From positions 1 through 64,000 of the IMG/VR virus record IMGVR_UViG_2708742752_000007: DNA of 64,000 nt; one strand, 5' to 3'. The notes under the pieces were generated by a model. That model was given only the letters and a program-made list of their open reading frames with translations, was not told where the DNA came from and did not search any database. Of this stretch, positions 47,501 through 55,385 are shown one piece after another; the stretch's first letter is position 1; every line of letters starts with the position of its first letter. This stretch comes from a virus (taxonomy: Duplodnaviria > Caudoviricetes). The position numbers were made by a program, and so were the translations under genes.

Positions 47501-49284
47501 AGAATTGGCAAACTTGGGCTATCGAATTAGCTGGTTTCATGGGCAACGTCTTTGGTTATATTTTGACTGGGTTGGTTGCTATTCCATATTTGATAATCCA
47601 GTTGTCGGGTAAATTCCTGCAACTCATCCAGGGCTTGATCGATTATGCCAGCCAAAATTGGCCTACCTGGGCGGCTGAGTTAGGTACTCATGTAGCATCT
47701 ATCATCAGCAGTGTAGTGACGTTCGTTACCACTACCCTACCAACATGGATAGCCGATCTGTCTGCGAAGTTATCGGAACTTATTACTGGCTTCCTGGCTT
47801 ACGCAGGCGAGAATTGGCAAACCTGGGCCGTTGACCTGGCGGGCTTCGTCGGAAAAGTGTTTGGCTACATTATCATTGGCCTGGTAACTATTCCATACTT
47901 GATAATCCAATTAATAGGTAAATTGGCTGAGCTGATCCAGGGTCTCTTCTCCGGCGCTGACGAGAAAGAGGGCGAATGGGGCACGACACTGGGAAAGACT
48001 ATCGGCAAGGTGTTTGCCGGTGTCGTCACCTGGCTGATCGATAATGGCCCGACTATTGCTTCTGATCTGTTCAACGGCTTCAAGGACGTGATCGCCGCCC
48101 TGTGGACGTTCATAACCGCCACATTACCAGAATGGTCGGTCCAACTGGCAGATTTCATGAGCCAGCTTATGACCGCCTTTGGCAAGGGTATGCTCGAATC
48201 AGCTCCCTGGCTGGCCGATGCCCTAGCAGCCGGGCAGCAATTCGTAGACAACATCAAAGCTGGCATCGAAGCTGCGTGGATAGGCATCGTCACCTGGTTC
48301 GCGGGCAAGGTGCAAGAGCTATTAGCGCCTATCCTGGGAGCCAGAGAAACCATCGAGAATGCCTGGAGTGGCCTAAAGGAAGGCGTAACACAGCCTGTCG
48401 AGGGAGCCAAGAACGCCGTGGTGGGCGCTTTTGGTGGCTTGCAGGAGGGTATCAGCAGCACCGCCGAGAATGCGACTGGCAGCGTGATCGGCTTTTTCGA
48501 CAACTTGCGCAATACGTTGGTCGGCAACTCTATCGTGCCAGAGATGACCACGGCTATCGTCACCAACTTCACCACCATGGACACCACACTATCCGCAGGC
48601 TTGACCACGTTCACCACCTTTGCCACCAGCCTATGGCAACAGTTCACCCAGAATATCCTGATCATGTGGCAGGACATGGTGCAATTCGTGATTGAGCTGG
48701 CCCAGCAGCTAGAAGAAGTCCTGACCGAGATCATCCAGCGTATCGTAGAGTTGTTCAATGCCTGGCGAGAGGCTGTCGATAAAGTTATCGAGGGACTCAA
48801 GGCATTACCGGAGCCGTTAGGAGCCCTGGCCGAGTATATTCCCATCGTCGATCAATTAGCCGACAAATTTAACGATCTGTACAACAAGCTAAAGAATGCC
48901 ACCTCGCAGGCCGAGAAATTAGCCAAGGCACTCGAAAAGGTCAATTCCATGGGCGGCAATATGGCGGTATCTGTCTCCGGGGCAGCGCAGGGTGGCCTAT
49001 GGCGTGTGCCGAGTGTTTCTACCTGGACACTCCATCCCGGCGAGATGGTTTTGCCCGCCGGGGCTGCCGAGGCATTTCGCAGCTTCGCGGGCGGTGGTCT
49101 GCCTGCCATGGGTATGCCTGCCACTGAGTCCAACTCTGGACTCAACAAGCAGTATATCTTCGGACCGGGTGCCTTCCAGGGTGCTTTCCCCGGTGTGCGG
49201 ACTGCCCACGATGCCGAGGGTCTACTGAATCGCCTGGATCAACTGGCTCAGATCGCCGAACTTAAGGGGAGGGTAGTCAGCTAA
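41530..49284 (+). CDS. tape measure protein (2584 aa)
   Basis: Ala/Gly-rich helical protein, TPFELADAIEAF tape motif, Trp-periodic repeats, follows the chaperones. Confidence 0.92.
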   Translation: MAVSQEIFRATLTVETNIVSAIEGLEKLSKKAIETLDSLQKISTAVVKPDLGGLNTISTTIEKATKDIRADFERLRQEVVGKSIIPEMIDAIAKEFDRLPNKTAPEVKKLHQQFEQLKTSVKPIEDAIAGMDASTRKHMEGIVAEALKMKGAFSDDQIKAAMASIGSATAKTGSEVQGTIGQLNKLAEAVRQVYLTQKPPAAKAAEAEIENRAKRAAAEFENLKKIGEKTFADYERQGQKFRQQTALATSELGEAAQRVTAFEQRFRAIGQVAAEGSTGFRAAVANIRGGFQLMAAEGGNFALGLRQAFFGLSGSTNVLGRALDWLGGRHNELSRATGKLEQETLRIDNIMRRFTTGMRDQMDVLKEVGKEEGVQKAALSEIDVQVKRVEKAFKDMNTTIVAGGKPTEQQMARIREEVRILEQSYRQLKVQGIIPAGSATDDMFKQMLKGIETQRVGSNQMIARVIALRKEVEKAEQSEKQSNATSEKRVGIFQRVSIAFSNLFNITRNVTNETKNFNQQLDQTGAKMGVVARTADVAKGAFVGFVGAAAAITGLRYAIDGIGFAIRNLGGKFLEVNNTAQNFGITLTNMLRGSKIEDQAEEVVGGAMDFIKEAVAATPFELADAIEAFQRLIIAGLDPKQWMEPIADAAAIMNKPMDQLIGAFQRLTVGDTGQALMMMRDFGINVNRAAVFVDQATGNLLSYDQAQQAVNMSAEQLAAKGWAKLNLEFSKGGELTTDTATALKILNGYLTQNSTIAGTAASRSLSLQGVMSNLKDSVSNLFIEMGKPIMEKLTGAGSGLLDKINELQPVLNALAANIGVALSGAIDFAINFISNFKENFAGLIEVVQTVISIVASIFAGDWQNAWFLFLDAIDVGLSNAVQFLDSWISNAFTWGWNFVVEIANGVLDSASSVLMEALNSVGEMISSFLAPGSAPEVGPLSTIDEWGAALMDIFGAGVADINDDNINTAMEEMKKLIQASGGQLSDGFYEAFSSIDFAAAIQNARAQLSDLLASFANLDMSKVLGSLKSVDFSFIRDALSPVKDFFKTMGSEGTEPFLKVRDSMAAIVAELNATGEINEEAFAKIGEVLGDQNKEMTKYLRLQLELHSAQRKLQDVQGEVAAAEARGFVPAALKAKLAAAEKDVEDKKEAVDWQKEYVAWQKEGNQLQQEFVGGLDKAAKAMGKAASAAGSAAKAQAKQIETLAEWYAREKALIEEKYRLGVIGEQEYVQALLNLEKQYVDRSLEEGIPAGLDAHVQAIKELELRLEGLKEKTKEAQGQASKGIEMQTPAEILGKFAKNIQEIAQQTGGDFADGFVLAMREGIPRNVPGLMADIWAKILEGFVTIFNNIRNFLAQNVTPQNFPIFAVVAGLFTQLAASPIMNFVTRLAARIAPVIVRLGGLRGILLKLLGVLGRAALLGGIIITIFLNWDKIVAALSPVITSLSTAIKALADEAIAAIIERMGGAEQAAIKFNAAYETMRSIVAGVGEVFNMLITSGFSEIGQAIEGAFKSAVMAMPTQGISGAISTFFTTLISSLSTTNIGQAITNLFTNAVAGIRETILPIFSDVLGGIGTALGGLVPPGVVDTFNQLRQSIAAFFEEGRLGGEIVRLFGDLKELMVALAPIAKALLSVLAALAGLVANSLVAAFQTIIDILPNIEGFFAGLVRIVRGVLDVVSGLATLIQSAWALITGDTEKAQTLFQTAIGQIGSGLGEIFSGITLAVSNAAQAILGFPITFISHFVDNIIAFLPQGSSFSQTLQAIGGAISSLKDILTGALEAIGSGISAIGMVISDFLSGQISFQEAWNQIKTIFASTVDAVSEALAPLGQALLDGILNGVEWLRTNAPIILQTIGAWVTDTLVPGIASFAASLATGFVDLFGKAVEYVGANWPTWLETLNSYAASIIAGVVTFVTTTLPVWASALATKVGELFQAALDYVQTNWPAWSATLNSYVGPIIDGIIIFFTATLPTWITDLITKFGELVQGLLIYVGQNWQTWAIELAGFMGNVFGYILTGLVAIPYLIIQLSGKFLQLIQGLIDYASQNWPTWAAELGTHVASIISSVVTFVTTTLPTWIADLSAKLSELITGFLAYAGENWQTWAVDLAGFVGKVFGYIIIGLVTIPYLIIQLIGKLAELIQGLFSGADEKEGEWGTTLGKTIGKVFAGVVTWLIDNGPTIASDLFNGFKDVIAALWTFITATLPEWSVQLADFMSQLMTAFGKGMLESAPWLADALAAGQQFVDNIKAGIEAAWIGIVTWFAGKVQELLAPILGARETIENAWSGLKEGVTQPVEGAKNAVVGAFGGLQEGISSTAENATGSVIGFFDNLRNTLVGNSIVPEMTTAIVTNFTTMDTTLSAGLTTFTTFATSLWQQFTQNILIMWQDMVQFVIELAQQLEEVLTEIIQRIVELFNAWREAVDKVIEGLKALPEPLGALAEYIPIVDQLADKFNDLYNKLKNATSQAEKLAKALEKVNSMGGNMAVSVSGAAQGGLWRVPSVSTWTLHPGEMVLPAGAAEAFRSFAGGGLPAMGMPATESNSGLNKQYIFGPGAFQGAFPGVRTAHDAEGLLNRLDQLAQIAELKGRVVS

Positions 49285-51908
49285 TGGGTATCGCCGACGC
49301 GACTCTGATACTCCATGCGGAAGGTAGAGCTAGCATCACTTTTGACACGTTGAGCATAGATGGTGCCACGGCAGGCTATTATGTTCCGGCTGAGACGCTG
49401 ATCTTCAACGAAGCCGAGCGGGAGCAGATCGTCTACTCGGAAGGAGCCAATATCGATGGCGGTGAGTATATCACCAGCTTCGCGCCCCTGGTAGATGTCT
49501 CGTTCACGTGTTACTGCTGGGGTGACACTAGGGTGGCTGCCATCCAGCGTGCCCAGGCGCTCAAGTTGGCGGTCGGCAACGAGCACGGTGGGCAATTGCA
49601 ATACATGCCTGCCGACGTAATTACTCGCTCTACCTATTATCACTACGTCAAGAGTCCCATCCCGCCCATGGCCGACGTGACTGACAATACCTGGGACAGT
49701 CGCCTAAAGGCTACGCAGAGCATTGGCAACAAGTACGTGGTGGTCCTGGAAGTCGTGCTCAAGACCATGCCGGTTGCCACCAGCGATCCCGACAACCTGG
49801 TGGCGTTGTCGCTATCTCGCTCGACATTGGATGACCACGTGTACGGGGCAGCCTACAACTATTTCGACATCACCGGCAGCGCCGTCAAGGGCGACCAACC
49901 CGCCTACGTGCGTTTCCGCGCTCGCAACTCGCAGTCAGGCACCAATGAGGAGATCGCCAAGCTGTACCTGACCTCGCGCAGCTCCCTGCTGTCCACACTC
50001 AATTACTACCAGCACGTGTACCAGGCCGAAGATGCTACCAGCCTGACCCCCACGGCGGTATGGTCCACGCCTGCCGATGGTTCACGCTCTGGCTCTGCTT
50101 ACCGGCGCTGTAACCCCGGTGCGGAGTACAACGATGACCAGTTGGGTTTACGCTTCACGCTGTCCAACGAGAGCCACCATCGCGGGCGCTGCACGGTACT
50201 GGGCGTGGTACGGGCCAAGACTGCCTACTGGTCCAGCCAGGTCAAGTACACCATCGCCGGTGAGGTGGTGGCCTATAGCTCAGCCTACAACTATGCCGAG
50301 CACTTCGATAAGTGGTCGATCATGGTTCTGGGCGAGATCGACATGCCTGCCATGATCATCAGTGGGCTGGAGACTATCGCGCCTGCCCTGGAAGTGTACT
50401 TTACTCGCAGCGATGGCTCAGAGGGAGACTACGTGGACCTGGACTTTATCATGCTGGCTTTCAACGACGAGTGCCTGGCTTTGTTTAGCCACGCGGACGG
50501 CTTTACCAACGACCAGAAGCTACTCTTCGAGCGACTGGCAATGGGCAAGAGCCTGGCGCACTTGATCAACCAATCTACGTCGGCCTTTGAGGACGAGGTA
50601 GATGCGCACTATGGCTCGGAGGTGTTGCCAGTTCCGCCTGGCTTCGACACACGGGTAGGTGTGCTGTTCCAGCGGATCGATCCAGTCGTATTCGAGGATG
50701 ACTTCAGCAGCTACGATGGTGTCAGCTTTTTGCGTCTGGCACAGATGAATCTGGACGAGTCGTGGACTGAAGATCCAAGTGATGGCACTGTGGAAGTTGT
50801 GCTCGATTCAGTCGTATATCGCGTCGAGGGTGATGCATCTCTAAAGTTGATACCTGGCCCCATAACCCAACTTGCCAGTTCCTACCTGTCCATTACGCCC
50901 ATCAACCTGGGCAGTGGATCGCTTTTCACAGATGGTGACTTTCTGTGTTGGTTTGTTGATTGTCTGAATGTTTCCAAGTTATCCGATGCCATCATTGCAC
51001 TGGGTGAGTTAGGGGCAGTAGGTCCATACATTAGTAGTGCCCTGGGCGATTTTTCACTGGCAGCAGGCTACAATTTCAAGTATGTGCTTAAGACTGTTAT
51101 CCGGGGCTATAGCCTGGGTATGAATGCCACATCATTGGTGGGTATTCAGTATGCAGCTACCGATGGCTCCGGGCCTGTCTTTTATACCGACTATCTCAGA
51201 ATCGAAAAAGCTGATCCAGATGATGCCACCCGACCCAATGCCACAGGTGCCAATTGGAACTTCCAGCCCAACGATGGCAGGTGGGCTATTACTTATGACG
51301 GACCAGGCGGAGATAACGAGGCAGTTCTGGCTTGTTTTGAACAGGCGGCTGTTGGGGTTGCCACGGCTGCCCGCGACATAACTACACCCGATGACGTGGC
51401 TGGATTCTGCAAAATTGCATTCAGAAATAGCACGTCTCATTCAGCCGGTATCGCCTTCAGGTTAAGCGACCAGACATTGGGTAGCGAGGATGGCTACGTC
51501 TTCATCCTGTATGGCTATGGCTACATTCGCCTGATGAAGTACGTAGCTGGTACGCCTACCTACCTGGCAGAGGTCGGGCTGGCTACCGGCAATCTATCGC
51601 TCGATACATGGTATTGGCTGGGTTTCAAGGCAGATGGCAACTCGCTCAAGGCATATTTGAGCCTGACCGAGCCGGTGGGCGACAGCAATTCCGAGAAATT
51701 AGCCAACCTACTATCCGAATCTAACCTGGTCGTCAGTGTGACAGATGCCACTTTCAGTTCTGGATCTGTGGGGGCCATGTCACACAATTCTGGCACACGC
51801 TTCGGGGAATTTTATGTCGAGCACGTCGAGGATCTACATATACCAGCCGACCAGGTAACAGTCGAGGCGGCGGCATTATTCAGGGGTGTTTACCCCTTCC
51901 CGGACTAA
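49284..51908 (+). CDS. evolved distal tail protein (Dit) with inserted carbohydrate-binding/lectin-like domains
   Basis: directly after TMP; jelly-roll-like segments (YVDLDFIML, FYTDYLRI, GIAFR...WYWL...G.VG). Confidence 0.65.
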   Translation: MGIADATLILHAEGRASITFDTLSIDGATAGYYVPAETLIFNEAEREQIVYSEGANIDGGEYITSFAPLVDVSFTCYCWGDTRVAAIQRAQALKLAVGNEHGGQLQYMPADVITRSTYYHYVKSPIPPMADVTDNTWDSRLKATQSIGNKYVVVLEVVLKTMPVATSDPDNLVALSLSRSTLDDHVYGAAYNYFDITGSAVKGDQPAYVRFRARNSQSGTNEEIAKLYLTSRSSLLSTLNYYQHVYQAEDATSLTPTAVWSTPADGSRSGSAYRRCNPGAEYNDDQLGLRFTLSNESHHRGRCTVLGVVRAKTAYWSSQVKYTIAGEVVAYSSAYNYAEHFDKWSIMVLGEIDMPAMIISGLETIAPALEVYFTRSDGSEGDYVDLDFIMLAFNDECLALFSHADGFTNDQKLLFERLAMGKSLAHLINQSTSAFEDEVDAHYGSEVLPVPPGFDTRVGVLFQRIDPVVFEDDFSSYDGVSFLRLAQMNLDESWTEDPSDGTVEVVLDSVVYRVEGDASLKLIPGPITQLASSYLSITPINLGSGSLFTDGDFLCWFVDCLNVSKLSDAIIALGELGAVGPYISSALGDFSLAAGYNFKYVLKTVIRGYSLGMNATSLVGIQYAATDGSGPVFYTDYLRIEKADPDDATRPNATGANWNFQPNDGRWAITYDGPGGDNEAVLACFEQAAVGVATAARDITTPDDVAGFCKIAFRNSTSHSAGIAFRLSDQTLGSEDGYVFILYGYGYIRLMKYVAGTPTYLAEVGLATGNLSLDTWYWLGFKADGNSLKAYLSLTEPVGDSNSEKLANLLSESNLVVSVTDATFSSGSVGAMSHNSGTRFGEFYVEHVEDLHIPADQVTVEAAALFRGVYPFPD

Positions 51909-51919
51909 GGAGAGCCAAC

Positions 51920-53182
51920 TTGAAACGAATAGCGATTATGTCAACCTTCTTCGAGGCCACCAGCGGCTACTCGCTCATCGGCGTAGCCGAGACGCAAATC
52001 CGCATGCTGCTGGATCATGGTTACGAGCCGGTGGTGCTCGTGCAGGATAATTTTACGTCACCTCCATCTCCCACACTCTGGTCAGAAACCATGATAGATT
52101 TGCGTAAATGCCTGCCCTTCATGCACTTACGCACCGACGTGGCCCCCGATTTTGAAGAGAGGGTTAGCAAGATCGAAGCAGCCCTGGCAGAGCACTTGGC
52201 TGATGTCAATGTCTGCATCACGCACGATATTATGCTTCAGGACTTCTACAAGGAGCACAACGCAGCCGTGCGGCGCTATGCCAAAAGTAGACCCGACTTA
52301 CTTTGGCTTCATTGGCTGCACAGTTGCCCCTCACCCAGCAATGAGGCCCAATACCCCAACGCCCTGCGCTATATCTCGCCACCAGGCTTTCTCGTGTATC
52401 CTAACTCGACCGATCTAAGCCGTGTGTGCCAGACCTACCATCTGGGCGGGCAAGAGTGGCGTGCCAAAGCCTGCCGCGCCGGGCACGCCATCGATCCCTT
52501 GCGAGTGTGGCATTACGACCCTTTGACAGTCGATCTGGCGACCAGGGCCAGATTGCTGTCGGGTGAGGTGGTAGCGGTCTATCCAGCCAGATTGGATCGT
52601 GGAAAACAGCCAGAGAAGATCATCTATCTCATGGCAGGTGTCAAAGAGGCTGGCTACGAGCCACGCCTGCTGGTCATCGACTGGCAGAGCGCCGGGCAGC
52701 GTTTCCAGCAGTACATCGATGAGTTATTGGCCTTGAGTGAGAGCCTGGGTCTGGGCGATTGTGTTAGTTTTACCTCACGCCTGGATGACCGCTGTAGCCA
52801 GGGCGTGCCACGTCACGTGGTTGTGGAGCTGATGGATCTGTCCAATACGTACATTCATCCCAGTCGGGTGGAAACCTATAGCTTGGTAGTCCACGAAGCC
52901 GCTCTGCGCGGTAAGCTGCTATGTCTCAACCATGACCTGCCACCCATGCGTGAGCTATTTGGGGATAACAGCATCTTTTTCGACTTCGAGAGTGACCGCT
53001 TCAGCCGCAGGTACGAGCCGGATGAGCGTATCTTCTGGCAGGGTGAGGCCAAACGTCTGATCGCCGAGTTGAAACAGAACCGGGCTTTGTGGGCACAGAC
53101 GGTGGCCCGCAGAGAGTGGACACCCGAAGCCATGTGGAAAGAATTCGAGACGCTATTTTTCCTGGAGTCAGTCGGTGAGTGA
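51920..53182 (+). CDS. GT4-like (GT-B) glycosyltransferase in the tail module
   Basis: YPARLDRGKQPE, HPSRVETYSLVVHEA. Confidence 0.82.
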   Translation: MKRIAIMSTFFEATSGYSLIGVAETQIRMLLDHGYEPVVLVQDNFTSPPSPTLWSETMIDLRKCLPFMHLRTDVAPDFEERVSKIEAALAEHLADVNVCITHDIMLQDFYKEHNAAVRRYAKSRPDLLWLHWLHSCPSPSNEAQYPNALRYISPPGFLVYPNSTDLSRVCQTYHLGGQEWRAKACRAGHAIDPLRVWHYDPLTVDLATRARLLSGEVVAVYPARLDRGKQPEKIIYLMAGVKEAGYEPRLLVIDWQSAGQRFQQYIDELLALSESLGLGDCVSFTSRLDDRCSQGVPRHVVVELMDLSNTYIHPSRVETYSLVVHEAALRGKLLCLNHDLPPMRELFGDNSIFFDFESDRFSRRYEPDERIFWQGEAKRLIAELKQNRALWAQTVARREWTPEAMWKEFETLFFLESVGE

Positions 53183-53756
53183 TTATCACAGTCTGATGCG
53201 TAATTGGTCAGATACCTGGTTTATGGGTGTGCAGTGTAGTCAGTACGCTGTAGACTTCGTGTTGTGGGAACGCCTGCTGAACCATAACCCTGACGTGGAT
53301 CGCATCATCGAGCTGGGTACACTGTGGGGCGGTTTCAGCCTTTTCTTGTTTTTACAAGCCCTACAGCGCAATATGACATTTATCACCTTCGATGATGGAT
53401 CATATGCAGTTACACAATGCAAGACTGATGGTCCACTGGCTGTTGATACGCCACTTGGACAAAGACTCGATCTGACTGATCACTGTGTACATGGCAATGT
53501 ATTCGATGATTGCTACGAGATAGTGACTTCATATTTGCAAGGCCCAGGCCGCTGTGTCTTGTTCTGTGACGACGGCAATAAGCCCAAAGAGTTTGCTACC
53601 TTCGCGCCACTTGCCAAGCCAGGCGACATCATCGTGGTGCACGATTGGGGCACCGAGATACTGGAGCAGCACATCGACTATGATTTGGTGGACGAGATCA
53701 TGGCAGAGGATTGCCATAGCCTGGGCAGCCTGAGCCATTTCTTCATCAGGAGGTAA
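53175..53756 (+). CDS. methyltransferase-like protein (CmcI/Methyltransf_24-like)
   Basis: IIELGTLWGG, FCDDG, KPGDIIVVHD. Confidence 0.72.
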   Translation: MSDYHSLMRNWSDTWFMGVQCSQYAVDFVLWERLLNHNPDVDRIIELGTLWGGFSLFLFLQALQRNMTFITFDDGSYAVTQCKTDGPLAVDTPLGQRLDLTDHCVHGNVFDDCYEIVTSYLQGPGRCVLFCDDGNKPKEFATFAPLAKPGDIIVVHDWGTEILEQHIDYDLVDEIMAEDCHSLGSLSHFFIRR

Positions 53757-53757
53757 T

Positions 53758-54012
53758 ATGGCAGGTAGAAACATCAACGTCTGGATCGAGAACTGGACCA
53801 ACGATGGCGTGAACGTTCAGGTGCCGCGTTATTCGGTTAGCGTGCGCATCGAGTGGACTAAAGCGGACGGCACGCCTGGTAGCCACGAGAATGCCTACAG
53901 GTTTCCCAACGCACTGCAAAACGTGCCGGTGGCACGTCTGCGGCGCTACATGGAGGAGATCATTTTGCGTGAGGTACGGATTCAATTGGGCATAGACGAG
54001 GCGCAGGAATGA
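53758..54012 (+). CDS. small hypothetical protein
   Basis: AGGAGGT SD. Confidence 0.7.
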   Translation: MAGRNINVWIENWTNDGVNVQVPRYSVSVRIEWTKADGTPGSHENAYRFPNALQNVPVARLRRYMEEIILREVRIQLGIDEAQE

Positions 54013-55385
54013 CTACCTATTATGTCGGCTCCGGTGGCAATGACGGCAATGACGGCCTTACATGGGGCGCGAGAAAATTGACCCTCAACGGGGTCGAAGA
54101 CATTCCCGTCGTAGCAGGCGATACCGTCTACGTCGCGCCGGGCGTCTATCGAGAACTACTGACCTGTGACGTATCTGGCTCGGCGGGTAATCCTATCACT
54201 TATATCGGTGATGTGACGGGCGAGCATACTGATGGCATAGGTGGCATCGTGCGTGTCACTGGCAGTGACAACGATACGAGCACTGCCAGGAATTATGGCA
54301 TCACCGGCACTGGGCGGAATTTCCGCACTTTTCGCGGCTTCCGTATCGATGCATGCACGCTGGACGGCATTATTCTCGACGGCACGAACTGGATCGTCGA
54401 GGATTGCGCCATATTCGACACCACTCGGTATGGCATTTACGTAAACGGGGCCAACCAGGCCAGTAACACATTCCGGCGCTGTTGCATGTTCGGCTGCAAA
54501 CAGACGGGCATCCTATTTTATCATAGTGCCGACGTAGCCGGGACGAGCCAACTGGTCGAGAATTGCTTAATTCTCGATTCCGACTACGGCCTGCACAGCC
54601 TGATCGAAGTTTGGAACATCGATGGAATCACTATCAAACATTGCCTGCTGAGCGGCGGCATCGGCGCGGGTGTCCGCGTCCAGGCCAACACAGGCAACCC
54701 CATGGTCACTGTACGCAATTCGATGATCCAAAACTGCTGGCGAGGATTCAACGCCGTGGCCGCAGGCGACATCGACGAGAATTATAATAATCTGTACGGC
54801 AACAACGCGAATCGGACTAACACGAACATCGGTGCCAACTCGACGACGTACCCGCCCCTGCTGGCAGCGCCACTACTATTGGACGGCATCAGGCTGCCGT
54901 GGTGGTTCGGTAGGCTCTCGGAATGGTCAGCCATGCGGCAATTGACAGGGGAAAGCATGTCAGACGACGACCTGTCCGGCATCACGCGCCCGGCAACGGA
55001 CAGTAAGAAATCGTGGGGAGCAGTGCAGTTCCAACCCATGGTGCGTGAGGCAACCACGGTGCGTACCGGGGCAGCCAGCCTGGAACTGTCCGACGCGGGC
55101 GAGCACCAGATCATAGTGCCGGTATCCAATGAGAGCACGACCATCAGTGTCTATTGCTACCGCGAGGCGGACTATACTGGGACCAACCCACGTATGGTCA
55201 TCAAGCAGCCTGGGCAATCTGATCGGACTACGACCGACGCTGGTGCGGCCTCGCAATGGAATCAACTGACAGACACCTTCACCCCGGCAGCCATCCCGCC
55301 CTACGTGGTGGTATGCCTGCAAAGTCTGAACACAGCAGCAGCTACGGATTTCAAGGTCTATTTCGATGACTTGGTGGTTTCATAA
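54009..55385 (+). CDS. right-handed beta-helix (pectin-lyase-like) protein with C-terminal CBM-like domain
   Basis: TYYV...GNDGNDG...AGDTVYVAPGVYRE, repeated VENC/GI motifs, YFDDLVV. Confidence 0.78.
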   Translation: MTTYYVGSGGNDGNDGLTWGARKLTLNGVEDIPVVAGDTVYVAPGVYRELLTCDVSGSAGNPITYIGDVTGEHTDGIGGIVRVTGSDNDTSTARNYGITGTGRNFRTFRGFRIDACTLDGIILDGTNWIVEDCAIFDTTRYGIYVNGANQASNTFRRCCMFGCKQTGILFYHSADVAGTSQLVENCLILDSDYGLHSLIEVWNIDGITIKHCLLSGGIGAGVRVQANTGNPMVTVRNSMIQNCWRGFNAVAAGDIDENYNNLYGNNANRTNTNIGANSTTYPPLLAAPLLLDGIRLPWWFGRLSEWSAMRQLTGESMSDDDLSGITRPATDSKKSWGAVQFQPMVREATTVRTGAASLELSDAGEHQIIVPVSNESTTISVYCYREADYTGTNPRMVIKQPGQSDRTTTDAGAASQWNQLTDTFTPAAIPPYVVVCLQSLNTAAATDFKVYFDDLVVS

